Of a stretch of 34,483 nt of DNA, positions 1-8,786 are shown piece by piece. Each line of letters opens with the position of its first letter. Within the stretch, counting starts at the first letter, position 1. Origin of the DNA: Candidatus Andersenbacteria bacterium RIFCSPHIGHO2_02_FULL_45_11 (GTDB lineage: Bacteria; Patescibacteriota; Andersenbacteria; UBA10190); contig MHHP01000016.1 in the NCBI GenBank assembly GCA_001817055.1, positions 1 to 34,483 of the forward strand, given 5' to 3'. The notes below the pieces were generated by a model that saw nothing but the letters and a program-made list of their open reading frames with translations, was not told the DNA's origin and made no database searches. The position numbers were made by a program, and so were the translations under genes.

Positions 1-1
1 T

Positions 2-2122
2 CTTCCCTATTCTTTTTGCGATAGCGTTGCAAAAGCAATTCCTCAATTTACAAATTTTGAGCAGGCGTTATCTCAGGCGGGCGAATTAAAAGATCTCTAT
101 ACGTCTGATCCACAGGCAAAGAAACTGATCGACATGGCAAAAAAGCTCGAGGGGGTATGCAGGCACGCAAGTACTCATGCGGCGGCCGTAGTAATTACCG
201 ATAAGCCGCTCACCGACTATGTTCCCCTGCAGCTCTCGAGCAATTCTGATGGTGATAAAGACACGGTAACGCAATATGCCATGTCCGCAGTAGAATCGTT
301 GGGGCTGCTCAAGATGGACTTCTTGGGCTTAAAAAACTTAACCATTTTACAAAAAGCACTTTCGATTATTGAAAAGCGGCACAATACAAAGATCGACTTG
401 GAGCAACTGCCTACCGATGATGCAAAAACATATGCACTCCTGCAAGAAGGTAAAACGGTTGGGGTGTTTCAGCTGGAATCATCCGGCATGCGCAGGTATT
501 TAAAAGAACTCAAACCCACAGAATTTGAAGATATTATTTCCATGGTAGCTCTGTACCGCCCAGGGCCAATGGATTCTATCCCCGACTTTATTGCAGCAAA
601 ACACGGCAAAAAAAAGATAACGTATATTCACGAAACATTGCGCCCTATTCTGGAGAAAACGTATGGCGTTATCGTAACCCAAGACCAGGTACTACAAATT
701 GCCCGGGAATTCTCCGGGTTCTCGTACGCAGAAGCAGACATCTTACGTAAAGCTGTAGGGAAAAAGAATAAAGAACTGCTAGATGAGCAGCGCCAAAAAT
801 TTATGGCAGGCGCAATCGCAACAAATAAAGTGGATGCAAAAACAGCTGAACGTGTGTGGGACTTTATCGAACCATTCGCACGATATGGGTTCAATCGTGC
901 CCATGCGGCATGCTACGCCATGATCGCCTATCACACCGCTTACCTAAAGGCGAATTATCTTCCGGAGTTTATGGCGGCGCTGCTCACCAGCGACGAAGGC
1001 AATACCGACCGGCAAGCAATTGAAGTGGCCGATGCCATGGCACTTAATATTTCTGTGTTACCGCCAGATATTAATGAAAGCGAAAAAGATTTTACGGTGG
1101 TGCGTGCAGAAGATGGCTCTGCCGGTATTCGCTTTGGATTATCTGCAATTAAAAACGTTGGCGATGGCGTAATTGAAGCGCTTGTTGCAGAACGTACTTC
1201 CAAAGGACAATTTGCCGATTTGCTCGACTTGTTCCGACGGGTTAATTCTAAAGACTTTAATCGTAAATCAGTGGAAAGCCTGGCGCGTGCGGGGGCTATG
1301 GACCGCGTAAGTGAACGTAATCACGTACTCACAAACACAGACGCTTTGCTTGAATTTAACAGGGCCATTCATAAGAAAATAGATGCGGGCCAAAAAGGCC
1401 TATTTGGAGGCGCATCCGCACCCGCACTTGCAGAGCCTCGCATCAATCTTGATCCCTGCCCCCCGGCAACTCGAGAAGAACGCCTTGCTTGGGAAAAAGA
1501 ATTGCTAGGTTTATATGTATCAGAGCATCCACTCCAAGACGTTCGAGATATTATCGGTCAAGTTGCAACGCCTATTGCCCAAGTCATGGGCGGGCGCGAT
1601 CAAGCCAAGGTCCGGATTGCGGGGGTTATTGCGCGCGCAAAAAAGATTATCACCAAGAAGGGTCAACCCATGATGTTTGTGCTCGTAGAAGACTTAACCC
1701 ATGCAATGGAAGTGTTGGTGTTCCCTAAATTACTAGAAGAAACTCCTGATATGTGGAATGATGGCGCGCGTATCATTGTTGATGGCACGCTTTCAGATAA
1801 AGACGGAGAAACAAAAGTGCTTGCAAACACCGTAAAGCCATTAACCAAAGATTCCCCCAAAATGGCAAACCGAGCCCAAAACGCAGAGCCTGCTCGCATT
1901 ACGATCATTATTCCCCCTACGCTCAATCGCGAAGGATTAGAACAGTTACGCTCCATGCTAGCATCGCAGCATAGCGATGAAGGTCTACCCGTAACACTTT
2001 CCATTCCACGCGGAGGGCAAACAACTACTATAGGGACACCGTATAGGCTCCAAAAAGGAGAGGTTGCTCTTGCGCCTATTTCAAAGATTGTCGGAAGTAT
2101 GGCAATCAGGTATCAATCATAG
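2..2122 (+). CDS. dnaE: DNA polymerase III subunit alpha (5'-truncated by the window)
   Basis: The frame is open from position 2 (LPYSFCDSVAKAIP...) into the ORF. Motifs RHASTHAAAVVI, GLLKMDFLGL, GVFQLES, ALYRPGP, YGFNRAHA, IRFGLSAIKNVG and EKELLGLYVSEHPL, plus a C-terminal OB fold. Confidence 0.98.
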   Translation, partial: LPYSFCDSVAKAIPQFTNFEQALSQAGELKDLYTSDPQAKKLIDMAKKLEGVCRHASTHAAAVVITDKPLTDYVPLQLSSNSDGDKDTVTQYAMSAVESLGLLKMDFLGLKNLTILQKALSIIEKRHNTKIDLEQLPTDDAKTYALLQEGKTVGVFQLESSGMRRYLKELKPTEFEDIISMVALYRPGPMDSIPDFIAAKHGKKKITYIHETLRPILEKTYGVIVTQDQVLQIAREFSGFSYAEADILRKAVGKKNKELLDEQRQKFMAGAIATNKVDAKTAERVWDFIEPFARYGFNRAHAACYAMIAYHTAYLKANYLPEFMAALLTSDEGNTDRQAIEVADAMALNISVLPPDINESEKDFTVVRAEDGSAGIRFGLSAIKNVGDGVIEALVAERTSKGQFADLLDLFRRVNSKDFNRKSVESLARAGAMDRVSERNHVLTNTDALLEFNRAIHKKIDAGQKGLFGGASAPALAEPRINLDPCPPATREERLAWEKELLGLYVSEHPLQDVRDIIGQVATPIAQVMGGRDQAKVRIAGVIARAKKIITKKGQPMMFVLVEDLTHAMEVLVFPKLLEETPDMWNDGARIIVDGTLSDKDGETKVLANTVKPLTKDSPKMANRAQNAEPARITIIIPPTLNREGLEQLRSMLASQHSDEGLPVTLSIPRGGQTTTIGTPYRLQKGEVALAPISKIVGSMAIRYQS

Positions 2123-2124
2123 GT

Positions 2125-3267
2125 ATGGCATCTGTTCGCATCGGCTTATCTTCAGGCAGCATTGTACTCGCGGTATTTCTTCTTATTGCAGGTGCGGGGC
2201 TTATGGCAGCTGTTACCATTCTTCCCAAGGCTACCATTACTGTTCACCCCAAAGTTGTACCCCGCCAACTTTCAAAAGAAATTCTTTTATCTGCAAAAGC
2301 ATCTTCTCCTGATTATGTACGCTTTACCCTGCCCGCTAGTATCGTAGAAAAAGAAATCAATGTGCAAAAAACAGTAACCCAAGATAATTCGAATATCACC
2401 CCAGATTTTGCAACAGGCACGGTGAAGCTCACAAACAATCAAGATGAAGAGCAGCGCTTATTGCCCAAGACGCATCTTCGGCACGAAGCATCGGGAATAT
2501 TTTTCTTAACCAATGAGCGCGTGGTTATCCCACCTAAGGGCAATGTGAGCGTTGGCGTTACTGCAAAAGAAAAAGGTGCTGCGGGCGATGTTACCCCAGG
2601 CAAATTTGTCGTTGATAAGCTACCGGGGAATTTACAAAAACTGGTATTTGGGGAAAGTGCGAGTGCATTTTTAGGAGGCCAATCCGTGGCAACTGCACTT
2701 ACACAAGAAGCAATCGATGCAGCGCAAAAGGAAGTTCTCGAAGGGGCAAAAAATCAGGCTGCCGAGGAGCTTACGGTGGAAGCAAAAGGCAAGCAAATTC
2801 GGCCAGACCTTACTACTATTGAAGTTATCTCCCAACGCACGTCTGCACAGCCTGGCAGCCATGCAGTGTCGTTTACAGTGGAGGCGACTGCAAAGGCACG
2901 CGGATTTCTGGTTGAAACTCACGACATTGTAAGCCTTATGACGTTGGGCCTTCGAGCATCCGCTGAGTCTGATGAGGAGTTTCTTGCGTACGATACGCAG
3001 TCGTTCCAGCTCGCAATCACGCGTACCGATTGGAAAGCAGGCACTGCACGCCTTACTGCACAACTTACAGGAACATATGCGAAGAAAATAAGTCCGCAAG
3101 ATTTGGGGCGAGAAAATCTTGCCGGGCTTTCAAAAGAAGAAGTGATAGACCGGTTCAAAAACTCCTCCGCCATTGATCATGTAGACGTAACACTATCCCC
3201 GTTCTGGGTCCGCAGCGTGCCATCAAAAGAAACTCAAATCCGCGTTGAAGTCGCAAAGACAAAATAA
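2125..3267 (+). CDS. Membrane-anchored hypothetical protein with a baseplate-J-like beta segment (CPR-type family)
   Basis: 380 aa, starting 2 nt after the dnaE stop. N-terminal TM followed by LPKATITVHP; ATGTVKLTN...VTAKEKGAAGDV segment; C-terminal LSPFWVRSVP...I. Confidence 0.6.
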   Translation: MASVRIGLSSGSIVLAVFLLIAGAGLMAAVTILPKATITVHPKVVPRQLSKEILLSAKASSPDYVRFTLPASIVEKEINVQKTVTQDNSNITPDFATGTVKLTNNQDEEQRLLPKTHLRHEASGIFFLTNERVVIPPKGNVSVGVTAKEKGAAGDVTPGKFVVDKLPGNLQKLVFGESASAFLGGQSVATALTQEAIDAAQKEVLEGAKNQAAEELTVEAKGKQIRPDLTTIEVISQRTSAQPGSHAVSFTVEATAKARGFLVETHDIVSLMTLGLRASAESDEEFLAYDTQSFQLAITRTDWKAGTARLTAQLTGTYAKKISPQDLGRENLAGLSKEEVIDRFKNSSAIDHVDVTLSPFWVRSVPSKETQIRVEVAKTK

Positions 3268-3269
3268 AA

Positions 3270-3296
3270 CGTCTTGCTGCAAGGCGCAGCAAGACG
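3270..3296 (-). terminator. Rho-independent terminator between convergent genes
   Basis: Perfect 11-bp inverted repeat CGTCTTGCTGC-aaggc-GCAGCAAGACG, followed by TTTTATTTT on the minus strand. Confidence 0.75.
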
Positions 3297-3306
3297 ATGA
3301 AGGTGG

Positions 3307-3744
3307 CTATTTTTGCACCAGCACAAAATATGCATTTTCCAGAAACTCAGTCTCAAAGGGTTCTAGTCTCAAATCAGTACCCTGCGCTTCTCGAGAAAGA
3401 CACGGTATTTTCCATCGCCCTGGGCCAGATGGCACACAAGAACCCAAGGCATACACTGGAAAAAACGCGTTCTGATATTCGGCGGACTGCGCCACTATGA
3501 GGAGGTCGTCCAATAGGCCAATTTCAAGACCATGCTCGCCGGCATACCTCTCAACAACTTTACTAAGCACCTTTTTACCGAAACATGCCAATTGTACTTT
3601 CCGAAATCCGGGAGCAGCCGTAAGCGGTATCTCCCCTTGTATAATCCGACTATCAACGGTAGAAAGCTGGCAGCCAGCAAGTCGGTCACCCAAAGTCACT
3701 TCCGGGCCCGGCATCACGTAGGCTAATCGTTTGATCTTTACCAT
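3307..3744 (-). CDS. Hypothetical protein (CPR-type family with FPxxALGS...P.L motif)
   Basis: 145-aa ORF with a GGGGGAA RBS upstream and a terminator downstream. FFPVYALGS...WKIPCLSR...AYFVLVQK pattern. Confidence 0.7.
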   Translation of the reverse strand: MVKIKRLAYVMPGPEVTLGDRLAGCQLSTVDSRIIQGEIPLTAAPGFRKVQLACFGKKVLSKVVERYAGEHGLEIGLLDDLLIVAQSAEYQNAFFPVYALGSCVPSGPGRWKIPCLSREAQGTDLRLEPFETEFLENAYFVLVQK

Positions 3745-3815
3745 GATTCCCCCTTAAAAGAGCAGTTCGGCGTTTCTTGCCTTGTGATATACTAGCATGA
3801 TACAAAAAAAGAGCT

Positions 3816-5036
3816 ATGGACAATGAAACCACTACACAACCAGATCATCGGAAACTCGGCCAAGAGCTGGATTTATTTACGTTTTCTGAGCACGTAGGCT
3901 CCGGCCTTCCGCTCTTTACCCCAAAAGGTACTGTTATTCGTAAACAGCTGGAAAACTTTCTTCTTTCTATCCTAGAGCCGCTCGGGTACGAACAAGTATG
4001 GATTCCGCATATCACCAAGCCGGAACTATATAAAACAAGCGGACATTGGGATAAGTTCAAAGATGACCTCTTTCACGTAAAAGGGCACAAAAATGACGAC
4101 TTTGTTATCAAGCCGATGAACTGCCCGCATCACACGCAGATTTATGCAAGCCGGTTGCGCAGCTACCGTGATTTGCCACTTCGCTTTGCAGAAATAACAA
4201 CCGTGTATCGCGATGAACAAGCTGGAGAATTACTAGGCCTTAATCGTGTGCGGTCTATCACCCAAGACGACGCACACATTTTCTGTAGGCCCGATCAGAT
4301 TCAAGAAGAGATTGCTCGCGTACTGAAAAGCATTACACAGTTTTATGGAGCATTTGATTTTGAACTTTCCGCCCGCCTTTCACTGCGAGACCCTAAGCAT
4401 CCTGAAAAGTATTTAGGCTCAGACGAGATCTGGAATAATGCGGAGAGAATTTTGGAAGAAGCCCTTCTCGCAAATAATTTCCCTACTCCAGAAAAAGCAG
4501 AAGGCGAAGCTGCATTCTATGGGCCAAAGATAGACTTTACTGCGAAGGATTCTCTCGGGCGCACGTGGCAGCTCGCAACCGCGCAGCTAGACTTTAATAT
4601 GCCAGAGCGTTTTGAGCTTGAGTACACCGCAGAAGACGGCAGCAAGCAGCGCCCCGTTATGATTCACCGCGCTATTCTCGGCTCTTTTGAGCGCTTTATT
4701 GCCGTATTGCTTGAGCATTACAACGGCAATTTACCCCTATGGCTCTCCCCCGTTCAAGTTGCCATACTTCCTATTTCAGAAGATCAGCACGACTATGCAC
4801 AAACAATTGCACAGCAACTCAAAGAACAAAAGATTCGCGTAACCATCGATGATCGATCAGAGCGCATCGGCAAAAAGATTCACGATGGATCTTCTCAAAA
4901 AGTTCCTGTGCTTATTATTATCGGCAAAAACGAAATGGCAGACGGCACCGTTACACTGCGCTCCAGCCTATTCGAAGAAAAACCAATCGCACTCGCAGAA
5001 GCAGTAGCAGCAATCACCGCAAAATCCAAACCGTAA
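3816..5036 (+). CDS. thrS: Threonine--tRNA ligase, short form lacking the N-terminal TGS/editing domains
   Basis: DHRKLG, KPMNCP, RVRSITQDDAHIF, GEAAFYGPKID, QLDFNMPERF, HRAILGSFERF and an anticodon-binding domain. Only 406 aa. Confidence 0.97.
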   Translation: MDNETTTQPDHRKLGQELDLFTFSEHVGSGLPLFTPKGTVIRKQLENFLLSILEPLGYEQVWIPHITKPELYKTSGHWDKFKDDLFHVKGHKNDDFVIKPMNCPHHTQIYASRLRSYRDLPLRFAEITTVYRDEQAGELLGLNRVRSITQDDAHIFCRPDQIQEEIARVLKSITQFYGAFDFELSARLSLRDPKHPEKYLGSDEIWNNAERILEEALLANNFPTPEKAEGEAAFYGPKIDFTAKDSLGRTWQLATAQLDFNMPERFELEYTAEDGSKQRPVMIHRAILGSFERFIAVLLEHYNGNLPLWLSPVQVAILPISEDQHDYAQTIAQQLKEQKIRVTIDDRSERIGKKIHDGSSQKVPVLIIIGKNEMADGTVTLRSSLFEEKPIALAEAVAAITAKSKP

Positions 5037-5042
5037 ACCATT

Positions 5043-5077
5043 TGTCATTACCCGGCTTGACCGGGTAATCCACGTCG
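5043..5077 (+). repeat. REP-like palindromic element, family A, copy 1
   Basis: TGTCATTACCCGGCTTGACCGGGTAATCCACGTCG, identical to 13472..13506. Stem ATTACCCGG/CCGGGTAAT with a CTTGA loop. Confidence 0.9.
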
Positions 5078-5093
5078 CTACCTTGTCCGCAAT

Positions 5094-5279
5094 CTATTTT
5101 CTTCCGTACCTTTTTTCTACTTCTCCCTCAGCAAGCTCTTTACCAGACCATCTTCCGAAACGCGCCTTGCACGTATTACACACAATTTCACTCACGCCAT
5201 CGTAGTGCTCAGGTTCGCCATATGCATATTCCACCATTATAGTATCTTGGCTGCCACATTTTTTGCATGATGTTTCCAT
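5094..5279 (-). CDS. Small zinc-ribbon protein (CxxC...CxxC)
   Basis: 61 aa with CKKC...YDGVSEIVCNTC, starting 9 nt after the fic stop. Confidence 0.7.
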   Translation of the reverse strand: METSCKKCGSQDTIMVEYAYGEPEHYDGVSEIVCNTCKARFGRWSGKELAEGEVEKRYGRK

Positions 5280-5288
5280 ATGCTTTGA

Positions 5289-6380
5289 TTAGTAACTTAA
5301 AAGATCTAATAGCTTTTCGTTGTAATATATATTCTCCAGCTTGTACTTGAACTTACCGACCAAGCCAAGAGATTCTAACTCTGTAAAGTACTTGGATGCA
5401 GTATTACGATGCACCCCCAAATATTCCGAAAGCTTTTTCTGAGTATAGAATGGATTTGAGAAAAGATAATCAAGCATTTGCGGCGTCATTATATTTGAGC
5501 TCTTCGTGTTCTGAATTTCCTTATATTCTTCCATGAGTTTTTTTATTTGAAGAATTTTCAACCTTGTCTCTGTTGCCTGCGCCTCAATCCCCTTCAATAT
5601 ATAGCTGACCCATTCTTTCCAATGATTGTTTTGTGTAACATCTAGTAAAAGCCTATAGTATTCGTCTCTATTTTCTAGAATATATTTACTCAGGAAGAGT
5701 ATTGGTAAATCAAGCCGGCCAACCATTACAAGATAGAGCACCATTAAAATTCTGCCTGTCCTTCCATTGCCATCAAGAAATGGATGCACGGCTTCAAACT
5801 GATAATGCATAATTGCCATTCGAATTAATGGATCAAGATCGTCAAAGCCCGTTTTGTTATTGAAATAATCTTCGAGATTTTTCAGCTTACTAAGAATGAG
5901 CTCTCGACCCTCGGGCGGCGTGTAGATAGCTTCATTCGTTTTACTGCTTCTTATAGCAACGCCAGGTATTGCGCGAATACCTTGTTTACTTGGTTCTAAG
6001 ATAGCTTGAATATCTATAAAGCTATTAGAATTTAAAAACTCCTGCTTCCCCAATAAATGAAACCCGTGCATGAGCGCGTCCCTATATTTAAGTATTTCCT
6101 TGTCAGCCCCTGCGAGTTCAGATTTTTCATACACAACATCGGCACGCAGTGCTTCAGCAACGGTAGTATTAATATTTTCAATCCCACTGCTTGCCACAGC
6201 CTCGCGAATAGATAAGGGCGAAACCAGAATAAGGCGGTTTGGCAAAATATGGGCAGCTCCCTTTAGTTCAAATAATGAGTTATTCGCCTTATTAACTAGC
6301 TTCAATAGCTCTACATCATCAAAATCTGCCAGAGGTGGCAAGTCTGGTAAATCATTGTACGGTTTCTTTGAGTCGAGCAT
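5289..6380 (-). CDS. fic: Fic family protein (AMPylase) with N-terminal Fic_N region and C-terminal HTH
   Basis: Canonical HPFLDGNGRTGR motif; SSGIEN inhibitory-helix-like motif; C-terminal LSEYLGVHRNTASKY HTH. Confidence 0.95.
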   Translation of the reverse strand: MLDSKKPYNDLPDLPPLADFDDVELLKLVNKANNSLFELKGAAHILPNRLILVSPLSIREAVASSGIENINTTVAEALRADVVYEKSELAGADKEILKYRDALMHGFHLLGKQEFLNSNSFIDIQAILEPSKQGIRAIPGVAIRSSKTNEAIYTPPEGRELILSKLKNLEDYFNNKTGFDDLDPLIRMAIMHYQFEAVHPFLDGNGRTGRILMVLYLVMVGRLDLPILFLSKYILENRDEYYRLLLDVTQNNHWKEWVSYILKGIEAQATETRLKILQIKKLMEEYKEIQNTKSSNIMTPQMLDYLFSNPFYTQKKLSEYLGVHRNTASKYFTELESLGLVGKFKYKLENIYYNEKLLDLLSY

Positions 6381-6402
6381 CGGTATATTTCTTTAGTATA
6401 TC

Positions 6403-6463
6403 TATGCACAAATTTTATCATATTTTGTGCATAAAAGCCATCCCTTGCACAACGCTTGTGCAA
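6403..6463. promoter_or_regulatory. Two TGCACAA/TTGTGCA inverted repeats upstream of fic (putative operators)
   Basis: TATGCACAAA-N11-TTTGTGCATA (6403-6433) and TTGCACAA-cgc-TTGTGCAA (6445-6463), next to a minus-strand TATACT. Confidence 0.55.
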
Positions 6464-6571
6464 ACTCAATCTTATATCTCTAAACAAAGGCCTTTTTATA
6501 AATGCTCTTTTAAGTTTCTCGGGCCAAACTCATCGCATTTTAGCGGAATACTCCGAAGACTACAACGATAA

Positions 6572-8218
6572 CTACCCAAACGTAAACGCGTAGAAGCGGA
6601 CACCGGGTTGTTTCGGTTTAAGTTCCAATAGGTACTCTCCGGCCTGGGCATCTTCTACTAGCGTATATAACGTGCTCTGTTTGATGGTAATGGTTCGCAG
6701 TAATTTACCGTCTTGCAGCACGTCTACCAGCGTATCAGTATCCGCTTCGGCAACTATGTATACATTCTTTGCGTTGTACCTATACAACACACTCGCATCG
6801 CGTACCGCCTGCGCGTATTCCTCGGATATATTCCAATCGCCAATAAGATACAGTTGATTTGGAATTATAAACGATGGCCGTACGCTATTCGCACGCACCT
6901 TGTTTCGCAATGCACCAAAATACGTTTCGGGGCTACGCGCAAAATTTTGAGGCGACGCAATGCGCTCCGCGGCAAGGTCAGAGCCTAGCGCGCTAGTAGC
7001 CTCACCCATCACCGTTGCCCGTTCATCTAAAAGCTCACGTATTTTCATCTCCGTTTCCTCATAATTGCCTTCGCCGGCATGGTCGTACACAATATTGCCG
7101 CGAATATCTATTAAGTATTTCCGTGGCCAATAATTGTTGTCGTACGCCTTCCATGTACCATAGTCGTTATCAAGAACAACCGGGTACGTAATCCCGAACT
7201 TCTGCATGGCAGCGCGTACGTTATCAATATTCTTTTCGAACGCAAACTCGGGCGTATGAATGCCGACAATCTCCAGCCCCTGGCCTTTATACTTCTCATA
7301 CCACGCCGTCATGTATGGGAACGTACGCTGGCAGTTGATGCAACTGTACGTCATAAAATCAACAAGAATAACCTTCTTGCCGATAAGCTCTTTCATCGTA
7401 ATACTATTAGTATTCACAAAGCCTGCGGGTTCTGTAATTTCAATATAATTTTGAGAAGCGGGCATCTGCGATTTGGCAGACGGCTTCGGCTCTTCTTGTA
7501 CTTTTTTAAGGAGTAGGTGTTCAATCTTTGTGATATCAAAATATCCGCTATCTAAAATCCTTGTTTCCAATTTCTTTTCATAGCCTGTTGCAATCATGAG
7601 GCCGAGAATTACGAAGAGTACGCCAATACCTTTTTTAAAGTATCCTGAAGAGTCTGCAACTACAGACAACTTGCCCGCAAGCCTTTGGCCAAATAAAGCA
7701 ATCAAAAGCAACGCTGCAGATAAGCCGGCAGTGTAGGTAAATAAATACACCGAGCCTTCTACAAAGCTCACAGGTAACACGGTAGCCAATATTACAAAGT
7801 ATGTTGGCGAGCAGGTAGAGAATACTGGGCCCAGCGCTGCGCCAATAAGCACGTCTCCTATAAAACTTTTCTTTTGATACCCTTCTCCTACTAGCTTATT
7901 AGATCCGGTTGCCAATGTTGCCACGCCTGGAATTTTTTCCCATATACTTGGGACGATGAGCGTGACTCCGAAAAAAACTAAAATCCCGCCAGACAAATAC
8001 GTCCATACATACGGTGGGACCATAATAAAAGTCGTAGACGCTTTCAGTAGATACGTAAATAGAATAATAGAAACAGCAAGCGACCCTACTACAACGTAGG
8101 GCGTTTTTTTACTTCTTCCAGATACGGTTGAACCTATAACAACGGGTAGCAACGGTAAAATACACGGAGCAAGTACAGTAAGTACACCCGCTACCAACGA
8201 AACTATAAGTAATGTCAT
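6572..8218 (-). CDS. dipZ: DipZ-like protein (CcdA/DsbD membrane domain plus thioredoxin domain)
   Basis: LAPCILPLLP and FSTCSPT TM cysteines; DFMTYSCINCQRT, GIHTPEFAFEK, NNYWPRKYLID and SPETYFG; ends YAFTFG. Confidence 0.92.
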   Translation of the reverse strand: MTLLIVSLVAGVLTVLAPCILPLLPVVIGSTVSGRSKKTPYVVVGSLAVSIILFTYLLKASTTFIMVPPYVWTYLSGGILVFFGVTLIVPSIWEKIPGVATLATGSNKLVGEGYQKKSFIGDVLIGAALGPVFSTCSPTYFVILATVLPVSFVEGSVYLFTYTAGLSAALLLIALFGQRLAGKLSVVADSSGYFKKGIGVLFVILGLMIATGYEKKLETRILDSGYFDITKIEHLLLKKVQEEPKPSAKSQMPASQNYIEITEPAGFVNTNSITMKELIGKKVILVDFMTYSCINCQRTFPYMTAWYEKYKGQGLEIVGIHTPEFAFEKNIDNVRAAMQKFGITYPVVLDNDYGTWKAYDNNYWPRKYLIDIRGNIVYDHAGEGNYEETEMKIRELLDERATVMGEATSALGSDLAAERIASPQNFARSPETYFGALRNKVRANSVRPSFIIPNQLYLIGDWNISEEYAQAVRDASVLYRYNAKNVYIVAEADTDTLVDVLQDGKLLRTITIKQSTLYTLVEDAQAGEYLLELKPKQPGVRFYAFTFG

Positions 8219-8778
8219 TTAGACTGTATCTGGCCCAGCAAGTCGACAAGTGTCGGTGATCCACTCCACTTTTTAATCATATTTCCCTGTGCATCTACCT
8301 GCACCAGCGTATGCTGATATGTTACCCCGTATTTTTGCTTCAACTCTGTCGAGGTGTCGTAATCTACATCTAAAATAGTTACACCGCCAGGAATCGTATT
8401 CAGATTTGCTGTAATATCCGCATCCAGAGCCTTGCATGTTGGGCACCATGGCGCTCGGAAAAATAACACCACACTCCCCTCATCAGCCAATGAGAGCTTA
8501 GTAGAATCATATGGTATATATGGCCCAGATTGCACAGCAACCGTTACGGTGCCATCGCCCATAGCTTCGGGACTTGGAGAATTAACAACCATCTCCTCGA
8601 TATCTTCCGCGCCCTGTATTGGCATTTGTGACGATACCCCCTCTTCTTGTTGCATCACCCCCTGAGTGCCTCTTGTATAATCGTCAGATTGTTCAGATTT
8701 CTTCATTTTTACCGCATACACTCCGCCTGCGATAATAATGACACCTAGTATAGCTAGACTAATTTTAAATGTATTCAT
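8215..8778 (-). CDS. Membrane-anchored thioredoxin-family protein
   Basis: Start reassigned to ATG 8778 (MNTFKISL) after a GAGGAG RBS. N-terminal TM, FFRAPWCPTC and KYGVTYQHTLV. ATGA overlap with dipZ. Confidence 0.9.
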   Translation of the reverse strand: MNTFKISLAILGVIIIAGGVYAVKMKKSEQSDDYTRGTQGVMQQEEGVSSQMPIQGAEDIEEMVVNSPSPEAMGDGTVTVAVQSGPYIPYDSTKLSLADEGSVVLFFRAPWCPTCKALDADITANLNTIPGGVTILDVDYDTSTELKQKYGVTYQHTLVQVDAQGNMIKKWSGSPTLVDLLGQIQSK

Positions 8779-8786
8779 ACTCCTCA

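Noticed and set aside
2..2122. Intein or split in dnaE
   Set aside because: The visible part is colinear with ordinary DnaE, with no intein motifs or large insertions.
6464..6571. Possible transposase or gene remnant between dipZ and fic
   Set aside because: Only short open frames with no convincing motif.
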